Positions 5,112 through 5,572 of a stretch of DNA of 5,572 nt are shown here, piece by piece. The DNA comes from Promethearchaeia archaeon (GTDB lineage Archaea > Asgardarchaeota > Lokiarchaeia > Sigyniarchaeales > SOKP01). The stretch spans positions 1-5,572 of the forward strand of contig JAWOFX010000157.1 in the NCBI GenBank assembly GCA_046497275.1, in the 5' to 3' direction. Each line of letters begins with the position of its first letter. Position 1 is the first letter of the stretch. The notes under the pieces were generated by a model. It saw only the letters and a program-made list of their open reading frames with translations, was not told the origin of the DNA and did not search any database. The translations under genes were made by a program, and so were the position numbers.

Positions 5112-5572
5112 ATGAATTTTACAGAATTAAAAGAAGAATTGCCCAAAATTTTTGAAAAAGTAAAAAAGGATGTAAAAAAAGTTTTTAGAAGACAGAGAGC
5201 AGGTTTAAGTCTTGGTCTTGCTGATTTAGGGATTTTCAAGGGAGGATTTATCGGAGGTATGCACTTTCATCCAGGAACGTCAATAGTAATGAATAATACT
5301 CCTCTTAGAATGATATTAGAACAACAACCTGATGAAATTGTATGGGCTTATGCCTACCATATTCTTTTACATGAATATATACATTCGTTAGGAATATTAG
5401 ATGAAACAATGTGTCGAGAAGCTACATTAAAAGTAAGTGAACATGTTTTTGATAATAGCGACCATCCCGCTTTGATATTTGCAAAAAATGGCATTGGAGC
5501 ATATTTTCCTAATTTGGATCTTGTATATGCTCCTCCTCAGAGAAAACCTGATGGAATTGAAATCGAATATGT
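5112..5572 (+). CDS. Zincin-like (HEXXH) putative metallopeptidase, 3'-truncated by the window edge and absent from the ORF track
   Basis: My translation gives an open frame with no stop: MNFTELKEELPKIFEKVKKDVKKVFRRQRAGLSLGLADLGIFKGGFIGGMHFHPGTSIVMNNTPLRMILEQQPDEIVWAYAYHILLHEYIHSLGILDETMCREATLKVSEHVFDNSDHPALIFAKNGIGAYFPNLDLVYAPPQRKPDGIEIEY. The motif HEYIH is at 5370-5384, preceded by a G..G.H.....IVMN beta-strand pattern typical of zincins. Confidence 0.85.
   Translation, partial: MNFTELKEELPKIFEKVKKDVKKVFRRQRAGLSLGLADLGIFKGGFIGGMHFHPGTSIVMNNTPLRMILEQQPDEIVWAYAYHILLHEYIHSLGILDETMCREATLKVSEHVFDNSDHPALIFAKNGIGAYFPNLDLVYAPPQRKPDGIEIEY

Noticed and set aside
1-5572. CRISPR arrays, tRNA/rRNA genes, IS elements or integrase at the junction
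   Set aside because: I found no regularly spaced repeats, cloverleaf or rRNA-like segments, transposase motifs, terminal inverted repeats or target-site duplications.

Overview
The window contains two compositionally different segments joined near position 730. Segment 1 (1-730, about 46% GC by my count) encodes the first nucleotide-binding domain and the start of the linker of a bacterial-type ABC-F ATPase. It breaks off and runs in frame into segment 2 (731-end, AT-rich; 731-1040 is about 32% GC), which begins with the C-terminal half of a DUF599-like membrane protein. The 332-aa ORF1 is therefore a chimera, most likely an assembly or library artefact, less likely a real recombination junction. 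The rest is an archaeal (probably Asgard/Lokiarchaeia-like, by inference) co-oriented protein-quality-control cluster: an archaeal Hsp20 lacking the C-terminal IXI motif, CDC48/VAT AAA+ ATPase ending in an HbYX tail (LYR), a Phr/HSR1-like winged-helix heat-shock regulator, and an HEXXH zincin-like metalloprotein that is missing from the ORF track and runs off the right edge. Upstream of hsp20 are two AAC-N5-GTT palindromes, the core of the HSR1 operator, flanking a TATA-like box with centres 52 bp apart. No rRNA, tRNA, CRISPR array or mobile element is evident.
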